Under the pieces are notes generated by a model that saw only the letters and a list, made by a program, of their open reading frames with translations, did not search any database and was not told the DNA's origin. The translations under genes were made by a program, and so were the position numbers. Shown one piece after another: positions 1 through 6,261 of a stretch of DNA of 6,289 nucleotides (position 1 is the first letter of the stretch; every line of letters begins with the position of its first letter). The DNA comes from Caedimonas varicaedens. GTDB taxonomy: Bacteria; Pseudomonadota; Alphaproteobacteria; Caedimonadales; Caedimonadaceae. Where the stretch lies: NCBI GenBank assembly GCA_001192655.1, contig BBVC01000116.1, positions 1 to 6,289 of the forward strand, written 5' to 3'.

Positions 1-81
1 CATAAATGGGCACAAGCAAAAGCAATTAGACGCAAAAAAAGGTGTTCTATCGAGCAATTATTTCAGGATAATAAAATATGA
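1..81 (+). CDS. Possible 3' end of an upstream CDS truncated by the window edge (product unknown)
   Basis: Frame 1 is open from nt 1 to TGA at 79-81 (...HKWAQAKAIRRKKRCSIEQLFQDNKI*). By hand count, GC of nt 1-60 is about 37% (coding-like) and drops to about 22% in 61-120. Frame 2 is also open, to TAG at 98-100, so the frame is ambiguous. No homology is recognisable from 26 residues. Confidence 0.25.
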   Translation, partial: HKWAQAKAIRRKKRCSIEQLFQDNKI

Positions 82-200
82 CCGTTTTATATGTTGTTAG
101 CTATATAAATTCTTCTTTTATATCTGAAGCATGGGATGAGATAAATGAATTTAGAAAAACAAGCATGAAAATTGTAGTATTTAGAGTTTTCATAATATAA
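78..200 (+). CDS. Hypothetical 40-aa small ORF (MTVLYVVSYINSSFISEAWDEINEFRKTSMKIVVFRVFII), possibly spurious or a decayed gene remnant
   Basis: ATG at 78-80 and TAA at 198-200. AGGA at 65-68 lies 9 nt upstream of the ATG. The ATG overlaps the TGA (79-81) of the frame-1 ORF entering from the left edge, giving an ATGA coupling-type junction. GC is only about 24% (30/123 by hand count). It is below the ORF-track length cutoff and I recognise no family. Confidence 0.2.
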   Translation: MTVLYVVSYINSSFISEAWDEINEFRKTSMKIVVFRVFII

Positions 201-390
201 TACTTTTCTGTTTTTTAACATATTAAAATGAAAATATTTAATTCAATATTTCTTAAAAATAAAAAATAAATTTATTAAGTATAATATTCAAATTTTAATA
301 TATTTTACTTTACATTAAAAAATGATGATAAATTAATGTATATTTTTTCTACATGTTTTTGAGAAAGATTATTTTTATTTTTTAAATTCC
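201..390. other. Extremely AT-rich, ORF-free intergenic spacer
   Basis: Hand count gives 22 G/C in 190 nt (about 12% GC). Stops are dense in all six frames and the track reports no ORF here. It contains many TATAAT-like strings (e.g. 280-285; another lies at 196-201, just upstream of this feature) without convincing -35 partners. Confidence 0.8.
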
Positions 391-393
391 TCA

Positions 394-446
394 AAGTTAT
401 GTGAAATCCTTGGGACTCTGATCAAGTTATGTTAAAACCATAGGGC
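394..446 (+). repeat. Imperfect two-copy direct repeat with 30-nt period, upstream of msbA
   Basis: Copy 1 is AAGTTATGTGAAATCC (394-409) and copy 2 is AAGTTATGTTAAAACC (424-439), 14/16 identical. Both are followed a few nt later by GGG (412-414 and 443-445), which extends the similarity to about 23 nt with one indel. It lies in the less AT-rich final 100 nt before the msbA ATG. Confidence 0.6.
410..438 (+). promoter_or_regulatory. Candidate sigma70-type promoter for the msbA operon
   Basis: TTGGGA (410-415), a 17-nt spacer, then TAAAAC (433-438) preceded by TGn (430-432), resembling an extended -10. It would give a leader of about 45 nt to the ATG at 491. The hexamer matches are weak, and competing AT-rich -10-like strings exist (e.g. 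TATAAA at 475-480, TTGAAA at 448-453 with a poor 21-nt spacing). Confidence 0.25.
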
Positions 447-490
447 ATTGAAATAATGCTTGTTCAGGATGATTTATAAAAGATGGAATA

Positions 491-2269
491 ATGACACGTC
501 GGTCAGCAATTAAGTTTCTTCAGGATCAAAACACCCAGAGACTCGTCAAGCGTTTGGTTGATGAATTTGCGCGCCCCTATTTTCCCATTATGGCAGGTGG
601 TTTTTTCTGCATGGTGTTGGTTGCGTTGATGTCGGTTGCTTCTGCCAAGCTGATTGAGCCCATCATTAATGATATTTTTGTGGAACGGCACGCCGATATG
701 CTTGTGCCTATTACTGTCGCCATCTTTTTTGTTTTTTTTATCAAGGGTCTTGCCACCTATGGGGAATCTGTCTCTCTTGCCTATGTTGGTCAGAGAATTA
801 TTGCCGATATCCAAAAAAAGATGTTTGCACAGGTTATTACCTGTGATTTGGCTTTCTTTCATCGTACGTCGACAGGAGAACTTGTCTCACGTTTTACCAA
901 TGATATCAATAAATTAAATAGTGCAGTGACGGGAACGTTGACGAATATTGGTAAAGATAGTTTGATGTTGCTGGCCTTTATCATGTTTATGTTTTATCAG
1001 GATTGGTTTTTGGCATCGATTTCCTTTTTTGTATTGCCTATTGCGATCCTTCCCGTGGTACGCATTGGAAAGAAAATGCGTAAGGTTTCGACGAATATCC
1101 AGGAACAAACAGCAACGTTTACATCTCTTTTAACTCAGGGATTTCAGGGGATCCGTCTCGTTAAATCCTATTGTATGGAAACCCATGAAACACAACAAAC
1201 GGGAAAGATTATTGAAGAAATCTTCAAGCGTTCCCTTAAAGCTGCCCGCGTACGCGCCATTTCTCATCCCGTGATGGAATTCCTCGGAGGTGTAGCTATT
1301 GCAATTGTTGTGATTTACGGTGGTTCTCAGGTCATTTCTGGCAAGCAAAATCCAGGAACCTTCTTTTCTTTTATTACAGCTCTTTTGATGACCTATGAGC
1401 CGCTTAAAAGACTTGCAAATCTTAATGCAAATCTTCAGGAACAGCTTGCGGCTGTTTCGCGTGTTTTTCGATTTTTAGATCTTGAAAGTGATATTAAGGA
1501 AGTATCTGAAGCCAAAGAGCTGCACGTAAAAAAAGGAGAAATTTCTTTCAAGGATGTTTGCTTTTCTTATGAGGAAAAGGAAGTTCTGAAAGAAGTTAAC
1601 TTTTCTATTCCCGCGGGTAAGACCGTTGCTTTGGTAGGGGCAAGTGGAGCCGGGAAATCAACCATCCTTAATTTAATTCCCCGTTTTTATGATATTTGTG
1701 GAGGAGCTATTTCTATTGATGGAGTGGATATTCGCCAGGTGACGCTTAAATCTTTGCTGGCAAACATTGGGCTTGTCAGTCAGGAAGTCATCCTTTTTGA
1801 CGCGTCTATTCGAACAAATATTGCATTTGGAAATCCTGACGCAACAAATGAAGAGATTGTAAAAGCTGCCGAATCTGCTGCGGCACATGAATTCATTATT
1901 GATCTGCCACAAGGTTATGATACGTTCGTCGGTGAACAGGGGGTGCGTCTTTCGGGAGGACAGCGGCAACGGATCGCTATTGCGCGAGCCATGTTGAAAA
2001 ATGCACCGATTATATTGCTGGATGAGCCAACTTCGGCGTTGGATAGCGCTTCTGAACAGAAGGTACAGCGCGCCTTGAGGACACTCATGAAGGATCGAAC
2101 GACAGTCATTATTGCTCATCGGCTAGCCACTGTTGTGGATGCGGATATTATCTTTGTGATTGATAAGGGAAAAATTATTGCATCGGGTCGTCATGTTGAT
2201 TTAATTCAAAATAATTCACGGTATGCGCAGCTTTGCAAGGCGCAATTAACATCTCCATCCCAGAGGTAA
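491..2269 (+). CDS. msbA: Lipid A export ABC transporter, fused permease/ATPase (MsbA)
   Basis: 592-aa ORF. The N-terminal half is hydrophobic with multiple predicted TM segments, as in type I ABC exporters. The C-terminal NBD has Walker A GASGAGKST (1637-1663), the ABC signature LSGGQRQR (1949-1972) and Walker B IILLDE (2009-2026). ATG 491 is the first in-frame start after TGA at 470-472, with only a weak SD (GGA 485-487). The msbA assignment, rather than a generic ABC exporter, rests on size, architecture and its position at the head of a lipid A operon. Confidence 0.88.
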   Translation: MTRRSAIKFLQDQNTQRLVKRLVDEFARPYFPIMAGGFFCMVLVALMSVASAKLIEPIINDIFVERHADMLVPITVAIFFVFFIKGLATYGESVSLAYVGQRIIADIQKKMFAQVITCDLAFFHRTSTGELVSRFTNDINKLNSAVTGTLTNIGKDSLMLLAFIMFMFYQDWFLASISFFVLPIAILPVVRIGKKMRKVSTNIQEQTATFTSLLTQGFQGIRLVKSYCMETHETQQTGKIIEEIFKRSLKAARVRAISHPVMEFLGGVAIAIVVIYGGSQVISGKQNPGTFFSFITALLMTYEPLKRLANLNANLQEQLAAVSRVFRFLDLESDIKEVSEAKELHVKKGEISFKDVCFSYEEKEVLKEVNFSIPAGKTVALVGASGAGKSTILNLIPRFYDICGGAISIDGVDIRQVTLKSLLANIGLVSQEVILFDASIRTNIAFGNPDATNEEIVKAAESAAAHEFIIDLPQGYDTFVGEQGVRLSGGQRQRIAIARAMLKNAPIILLDEPTSALDSASEQKVQRALRTLMKDRTTVIIAHRLATVVDADIIFVIDKGKIIASGRHVDLIQNNSRYAQLCKAQLTSPSQR

Positions 2270-2273
2270 AACC

Positions 2274-2954
2274 ATGCGCTGGATCAAAAAAATCCCCAAA
2301 CAACTTTGGTTTATCCGCCTTGTTTCATGGTGTATGTCTCTTTACATACGATTTGTATTTAAAACAAACATTTGGCAAAGACAGAACTGGCATATCCTTC
2401 AGACGTGCTGGAAAGAAAGAAAGCCTTTTATCATCTGTTTTTGGCATAACCGTTCCATGATGCAAATGTGTTTTTGGGAGAGTGATATATCTTTTCATAT
2501 GTTGAATTCTCCTCATCGTGATGGACAGTTATTTGCTCATACAATTGGTTATTTTGGTCTTAAAACGATTGCAGGGTCTACATCCAAAAGAGGAACAGAA
2601 GCCTTACGAGAGATTCTTTCGGCCTTAAAAAAAGGTCACTGTGTTGGTCTGACGCCTGATGGTCCCCGGGGGCCTCGTTTTGTTGCTAGCGAAGGTATTG
2701 TGCAAATTGCCAAACTTTCAGGGATGGATATTGTTCCTTGCGCTTCTGCGACGACACGGCGTAAAGTGTGGAACAGTTGGGATCGTTTTATTGTGGCTCT
2801 TCCTTTTGGACGGGGAGCGATGGTGATTGGAGAACCTATCAAGCCACCACAATCAAAGGAAGAACTTGAAGCTGTTCGTCAATTGGTGGAAAAAAGACTT
2901 CAGGACGTTACTGATCAGGCTGACGCATTATGTGGTCATGCGCCGCTTCGATAG
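2274..2954 (+). CDS. DUF374-family (LPLAT-like) protein; probable LpxJ-like lipid A late acyltransferase
   Basis: 226-aa ORF. It has an N-terminal hydrophobic segment (LWFIRLVSWCMSLYIRFVF). Family-typical blocks are CFWHNR (H58 at 2445-2447), NSPHRDGQ (from 2508), GSTSKRGTEAL and TPDGPRGPR (2652-2678). A good SD, AGAGG (2262-2266), sits inside the last msbA codons, 7 nt before the ATG, and the gap to the msbA stop is 4 nt. A position between msbA and waaA is the usual context I recall for this family. Confidence 0.85.
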   Translation: MRWIKKIPKQLWFIRLVSWCMSLYIRFVFKTNIWQRQNWHILQTCWKERKPFIICFWHNRSMMQMCFWESDISFHMLNSPHRDGQLFAHTIGYFGLKTIAGSTSKRGTEALREILSALKKGHCVGLTPDGPRGPRFVASEGIVQIAKLSGMDIVPCASATTRRKVWNSWDRFIVALPFGRGAMVIGEPIKPPQSKEELEAVRQLVEKRLQDVTDQADALCGHAPLR

Positions 2955-2981
2955 CGACAGAAAGAGGGAGAAAAGCGCATA

Positions 2982-4277
2982 ATGTTGCTAGGTTTGTATC
3001 GTGCTCTTACAGGTTTTATTGCCATTCCCGTTGCTGATTATCACCTTTCTTCCCGCATTCGGAAAGGCAAGGAAATCGCTGAGCGACTTGATGAACGGAA
3101 AGGTAAGACAAAATCTGATGCCCACATGCTTTCCAGAAAAGAGCCTGTTATTTGGATTCATGCAGCAAGCGTAGGGGAATCCTTGTCAGTTCTGGTCTTA
3201 ATCAAACGTCTTTTGGAACGTTGTCCCTCTTGTTTTATTTTATTGACGACGGGAACCGTCACTTCTGCTTCCTTGCTGAAAAAAAAATTGCCGGTGCGTG
3301 TCTTTCATCAATTTGTTCCGTTTGATGTTCGTCCCTGGGTCAAGGCATTTTTGGATCATTGGCGACCTTCTCTGGCTCTTTGGGTGGAATCTGAAATTTG
3401 GCCAAATTTGATTTGGGAAACGACAACCAGAAAAATCCCTCTTGTGATGATTAATGGACGGATGTCAGAAAAATCTTTTAAAAAGTGGAGATGGGCTAAA
3501 AGTCTTATTCAACCACTTATGGGTCGTTTCTCTCTCTGTTTTGCACAGTCATCTGAGGATGCCCATCGCTTGCGTCTTTTGGGAGCGACAAAGGTTATTC
3601 ATGCAGGTAATCTGAAAGCTGCAGCAGAACCTTTGGAATGTGATAACGAAGAATTGCAAAGGATAGGTCATAAGGTTGGCATGCGCCCTACTTGGGTAGC
3701 CGCTAGCACTCATGATCCTGAAGAAGAAATTATTGTCCAGGCGCATCATTTGCTGAAAAAGAAATTTCCTGATCTTTTAACAATCCTTGTGCCGCGCCAT
3801 CCTCATCGAGGAGCTGCCTTAAGGAAGAAATTTGATCAAGAACTTTGTTTAGCGCAGCGATCTTTAGGAGAAATCATTTCTGATAAAAGAGATTTTTATC
3901 TTGCTGATACCCTGGGAGAGTTGGGTCTTTTTTACAGGCTGAGTCCCATAGCATTTATAGGAGGATCCCTGACGCCTATCGGGGGGCATAATTTAATTGA
4001 GCCGGCGCATTTTGGGTCTGCTATCTTGCATGGCCCTTATATGACGAATTCGCGAGAAATAACGGCTTTGTTTCGTAAGGAAAATGCAGCGATAGAAGTG
4101 ACATCGGCTGAAACTTTGGCGCTTCATGTAGAAAAATTGCTGACGTTTCCCGAACAGCGTAAGGAAATGGTGAATGCAGCGTGGAAAATTGTTCAAGCCC
4201 AAAGCCAGGTTGTTGAAAAAGTGGTAGAAGGTTTGGAAGAATTTCTGGAGAATTTCGAGAAAAAGGTTTCCCTATGA
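2982..4277 (+). CDS. waaA: 3-deoxy-D-manno-octulosonic acid (Kdo) transferase
   Basis: 431-aa ORF with an N-terminal membrane-anchor-like segment. The hallmark WIHAASVGE motif is at 3153-3179, followed by a GT-B-like C-terminal half (LVPRHPHR, ADTLGELG, GGSL..GGHN..EP). SD GAGGGAG (2964-2970) lies 11 nt before the ATG. Confidence 0.92.
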   Translation: MLLGLYRALTGFIAIPVADYHLSSRIRKGKEIAERLDERKGKTKSDAHMLSRKEPVIWIHAASVGESLSVLVLIKRLLERCPSCFILLTTGTVTSASLLKKKLPVRVFHQFVPFDVRPWVKAFLDHWRPSLALWVESEIWPNLIWETTTRKIPLVMINGRMSEKSFKKWRWAKSLIQPLMGRFSLCFAQSSEDAHRLRLLGATKVIHAGNLKAAAEPLECDNEELQRIGHKVGMRPTWVAASTHDPEEEIIVQAHHLLKKKFPDLLTILVPRHPHRGAALRKKFDQELCLAQRSLGEIISDKRDFYLADTLGELGLFYRLSPIAFIGGSLTPIGGHNLIEPAHFGSAILHGPYMTNSREITALFRKENAAIEVTSAETLALHVEKLLTFPEQRKEMVNAAWKIVQAQSQVVEKVVEGLEEFLENFEKKVSL

Positions 4278-4296
4278 AGTCGTTAGGCTTTTTTTC

Positions 4297-5256
4297 ATGA
4301 TCACTCCTTCCTTTTGGCATCATTCTGACAGCAAGATTGCAAAAGCTCTTTCTCCTTTAGGTGCTTTATATGGTGCTATAAGTGCTTGTCTGGCACGCAG
4401 GAACACCCCTGAAAAACTTTCTGTTCCTGTGATTTGTATCGGAAATCTTGTGGTAGGGGGGGCTGGAAAAACGCCTGCAGCAATGTTGTTGGGGCAAGCG
4501 CTTATCGCGCAGGGAAAGCGTGTTCATTTCGTATCCAGGGGATATAGAGGCAGTTTAAGAGGGCCTGTTTTGGTGAAAGGGCATTCCTTTCAAGAAGTTG
4601 GCGATGAGCCTTTAATGCTTGCAAAAATTGCTCCGACGTGGGTCGCAAAAGATCGCAGTGTAGGAGCACTTGCGGCTGTTCAGGCAGGCGCCGAGATTAT
4701 TATTCTGGACGATGGTCACCAAAATTTTACAATTCACAAGGATTGTTCTCTGGTGGTTATTGATACAGACTATCAATTTGGGAATGGCAGGCTTTTTCCT
4801 GCGGGGCCTCTTCGAGAGTCTCCTGCTCAGGGATTAGCTCGCGCCCAGGGACTTATTCTTGTGGGTGAGAAAGAGTTTCCGCTGGTTTCTTCTCTTCCTT
4901 TTGTTCGTCTGAGATTCAAGCCTTGCAAGGAAGATTTAGAGACTTTGCAATCAAAGACATTGCTGCCTTTTGCGGGGATTGGGCGACCTCAAAAGTTTTT
5001 CAAGATGCTTGAAGATTATGCTTTGGCTTATGACTTGAAGGTTCTGAAAGGGATCAATTTTCCTGACCATTATACCTACTCTGAAAAAGATCTGGAGAAT
5101 TTACAGCAGAAAGCAAAAAGGGAAGGGGCAATGCTTGTGACAACTGAAAAAGATTGGATGAGGCTATCCCATAAGAAGGGAATATTTATGGTCAGACTTT
5201 CTCCTGATATTATAGAGGGAAGCTGGGATCATATCTGGAAAGGTTTAGAGTTCTAG
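4297..5256 (+). CDS. lpxK: Tetraacyldisaccharide 4'-kinase
   Basis: 319-aa ORF. The N-terminus (PSFWH...LSPLGALYG) and P-loop context VPVICIGNLVVGGAGKTP (GNLVVGGAGKT at 4441-4473) are typical of LpxK, with RGY, DEP and ILDDG blocks downstream. There is no in-frame ATG/GTG/TTG between the upstream in-frame stop (4225-4227) and ATG 4297. No SD is obvious in the 19-nt spacer. Confidence 0.92.
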   Translation: MITPSFWHHSDSKIAKALSPLGALYGAISACLARRNTPEKLSVPVICIGNLVVGGAGKTPAAMLLGQALIAQGKRVHFVSRGYRGSLRGPVLVKGHSFQEVGDEPLMLAKIAPTWVAKDRSVGALAAVQAGAEIIILDDGHQNFTIHKDCSLVVIDTDYQFGNGRLFPAGPLRESPAQGLARAQGLILVGEKEFPLVSSLPFVRLRFKPCKEDLETLQSKTLLPFAGIGRPQKFFKMLEDYALAYDLKVLKGINFPDHYTYSEKDLENLQQKAKREGAMLVTTEKDWMRLSHKKGIFMVRLSPDIIEGSWDHIWKGLEF

Positions 5257-5257
5257 G

Positions 5258-6151
5258 ATGAGAAAAATTACATGTTTTCTGTTGGATATTCTTCAGGTTA
5301 TTTTTATTTTCAGTCTTTTTACTTTGTTGAAACCGCTTCATTTCAACCTTATTTCCAATCTTGGCGGCAGGCTTGGCAGAAACATCGGAATGAAACTTCC
5401 TCATCGAAAAAGAGCTTATCAAAATTTAAAACGTGCCATGCCTGAATTATCTCCCAAAAAACAGGATGAAATTGTAGCAGGCATGTTTGAGAACTTGACA
5501 CGAACGCTTTTTGAGTATGTGGCTCTCCCTAAAATTCAGGTTTATAGCGCGGCGAGTCAAGTTGAGGTGGTGGGTCAGGAAATTATTGACCAGCTTCGTG
5601 ATGATCAAAAGCCGGCTATTCTTTTTCTTGCTCACCTTGCTAATTGGGAAATAGGCACGCTGGCGGCGCTTCAGCGGGGATTGATCCTTGTTCAGGTCTA
5701 TAGAAAGCTTAATTATCCTCTGACAGATAAGCTGGTTCACTGGCTTCATCATCGCGTTGCTTCAGAAGTGATTACGAAAAGTCAGGAAGGAGCGCGTCAA
5801 ATGATCCTAGCCCTTAAAGAAGGCAAGCATGTTTCCATGCTCAGTGATCAAAAAATGAATGAAGGAGAATGGATTCCCTTTTTTGGTTTACCTGCCAAAA
5901 CCGCTCCAGCGGGCGCGCGTCTTTCTCTGAAATATAACTGCCCCTTTGTGCCGGTACGTGTAGAACGTATAGAAGGAACTCGCTTTCGGGTCACTTATTA
6001 TCCACCTCTGATAAGTCATAAAAAAACAGAGGAAGAGCAATTAACAGATTTGTTGACGCAAATGAATCAATTAATGGAAAATTGGATTCGGGAACGGCCT
6101 GAACAATGGTTTTGGCTTCATCGTCGCTGGCCTAAAGGGCACAAAGTTTGA
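5258..6151 (+). CDS. lpxL: Lipid A biosynthesis late (secondary) acyltransferase, LpxL/HtrB family
   Basis: 297-aa ORF with an N-terminal TM anchor (ITCFLLDILQVIFIFSLFTLL) and NLKRAMPELS near the N-terminus. The family catalytic motif is HX4E (HLANWE, 5633-5650), and the C-terminal end reads PEQWFWLHRRW. The ATG is 1 nt after the lpxK stop. Acyl-chain specificity (LpxL vs LpxM vs LpxXL-type) cannot be read from sequence. Confidence 0.82.
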   Translation: MRKITCFLLDILQVIFIFSLFTLLKPLHFNLISNLGGRLGRNIGMKLPHRKRAYQNLKRAMPELSPKKQDEIVAGMFENLTRTLFEYVALPKIQVYSAASQVEVVGQEIIDQLRDDQKPAILFLAHLANWEIGTLAALQRGLILVQVYRKLNYPLTDKLVHWLHHRVASEVITKSQEGARQMILALKEGKHVSMLSDQKMNEGEWIPFFGLPAKTAPAGARLSLKYNCPFVPVRVERIEGTRFRVTYYPPLISHKKTEEEQLTDLLTQMNQLMENWIRERPEQWFWLHRRWPKGHKV

Positions 6152-6261
6152 TTCTATCGGCAGTGGTTTTATTGCTTTTCAAAACTTGACTAATAGTATA
6201 AAAACCTGATACGTCTCTGAGATGGTTTGCATAATTCTCATAATACAAAGGAATTTCATTA

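Noticed and set aside
2-100. Frame-2 reading of the left-edge ORF ending at TAG 98-100
   Set aside because: It is equally open, but it extends about 20 nt further into the low-GC zone and lacks the ATGA/SD coupling seen with frame 1. It cannot be excluded without upstream sequence.
223-352. Short inverted repeats in the AT-rich spacer (e.g. AAATATT/AATATTT at 232-238/245-251; ATGTA/TACAT around 336-356)
   Set aside because: Stems of 5-7 bp made only of A/T are expected by chance in about 12% GC DNA. They have no flanking structure suggesting a MITE or IS end.
201-490. Replication-origin or cell-cycle regulator sites (DnaA box TTATCCACA, CtrA TTAA-N7-TTAA) in the AT-rich region
   Set aside because: I scanned by eye each TTAA I spotted and the DnaA consensus on both strands. 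I found no full match (TTATGTGAA at 397-405 is only a partial resemblance).
503-2119. Minus-strand ORFs inside msbA (503-862, 914-1108, 1130-1348, 1673-2119, 1915-2109) and the off-frame + ORF at 654-917
   Set aside because: All lie wholly within a strongly supported ABC-transporter CDS. Their translations are low-complexity or basic with no recognisable motifs, typical of shadow ORFs opposite a real gene.
2233-2460. Off-frame + ORF (75 aa) bridging the msbA end and the DUF374 start
   Set aside because: It overlaps two well-supported genes in a different frame, has no SD, and its product is not protein-like. The DUF374 ATG at 2274 has a proper SD.
2325-2842. Minus-strand ORFs 2325-2516 and 2636-2842 inside the DUF374 gene
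   Set aside because: These are antisense shadows of a CDS with clear family motifs on the + strand.
4270-4296. T7 run (4289-4295) after the waaA stop as a possible intrinsic terminator or attenuator
   Set aside because: The only pairing I can find upstream is a 4-bp CCTA/TAGG stem with a 9-nt loop. That is far too weak for a Rho-independent terminator.
3549-4323. Minus-strand ORFs 3549-3749, 3993-4202 and 4021-4323 in waaA and across the waaA/lpxK junction
   Set aside because: They are antisense to motif-bearing waaA sequence and have no start-site signals. The 100-aa one would run against the operon and through the lpxK start.
5210-5752. Minus-strand ORFs 5210-5422 and 5447-5752 in the lpxK end and lpxL
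   Set aside because: These are antisense shadows. The + strand encodes the LpxL-family TM anchor and HX4E motif across the same span.
6152-6245. Possible terminator hairpins after lpxL (GTTTT..AAAAC at 6166-6185; TGAGA..TCTCA at 6218-6240)
   Set aside because: The stems are 5 bp and AT-rich or have long loops, and neither is followed by a proper U-tract. Not convincing.
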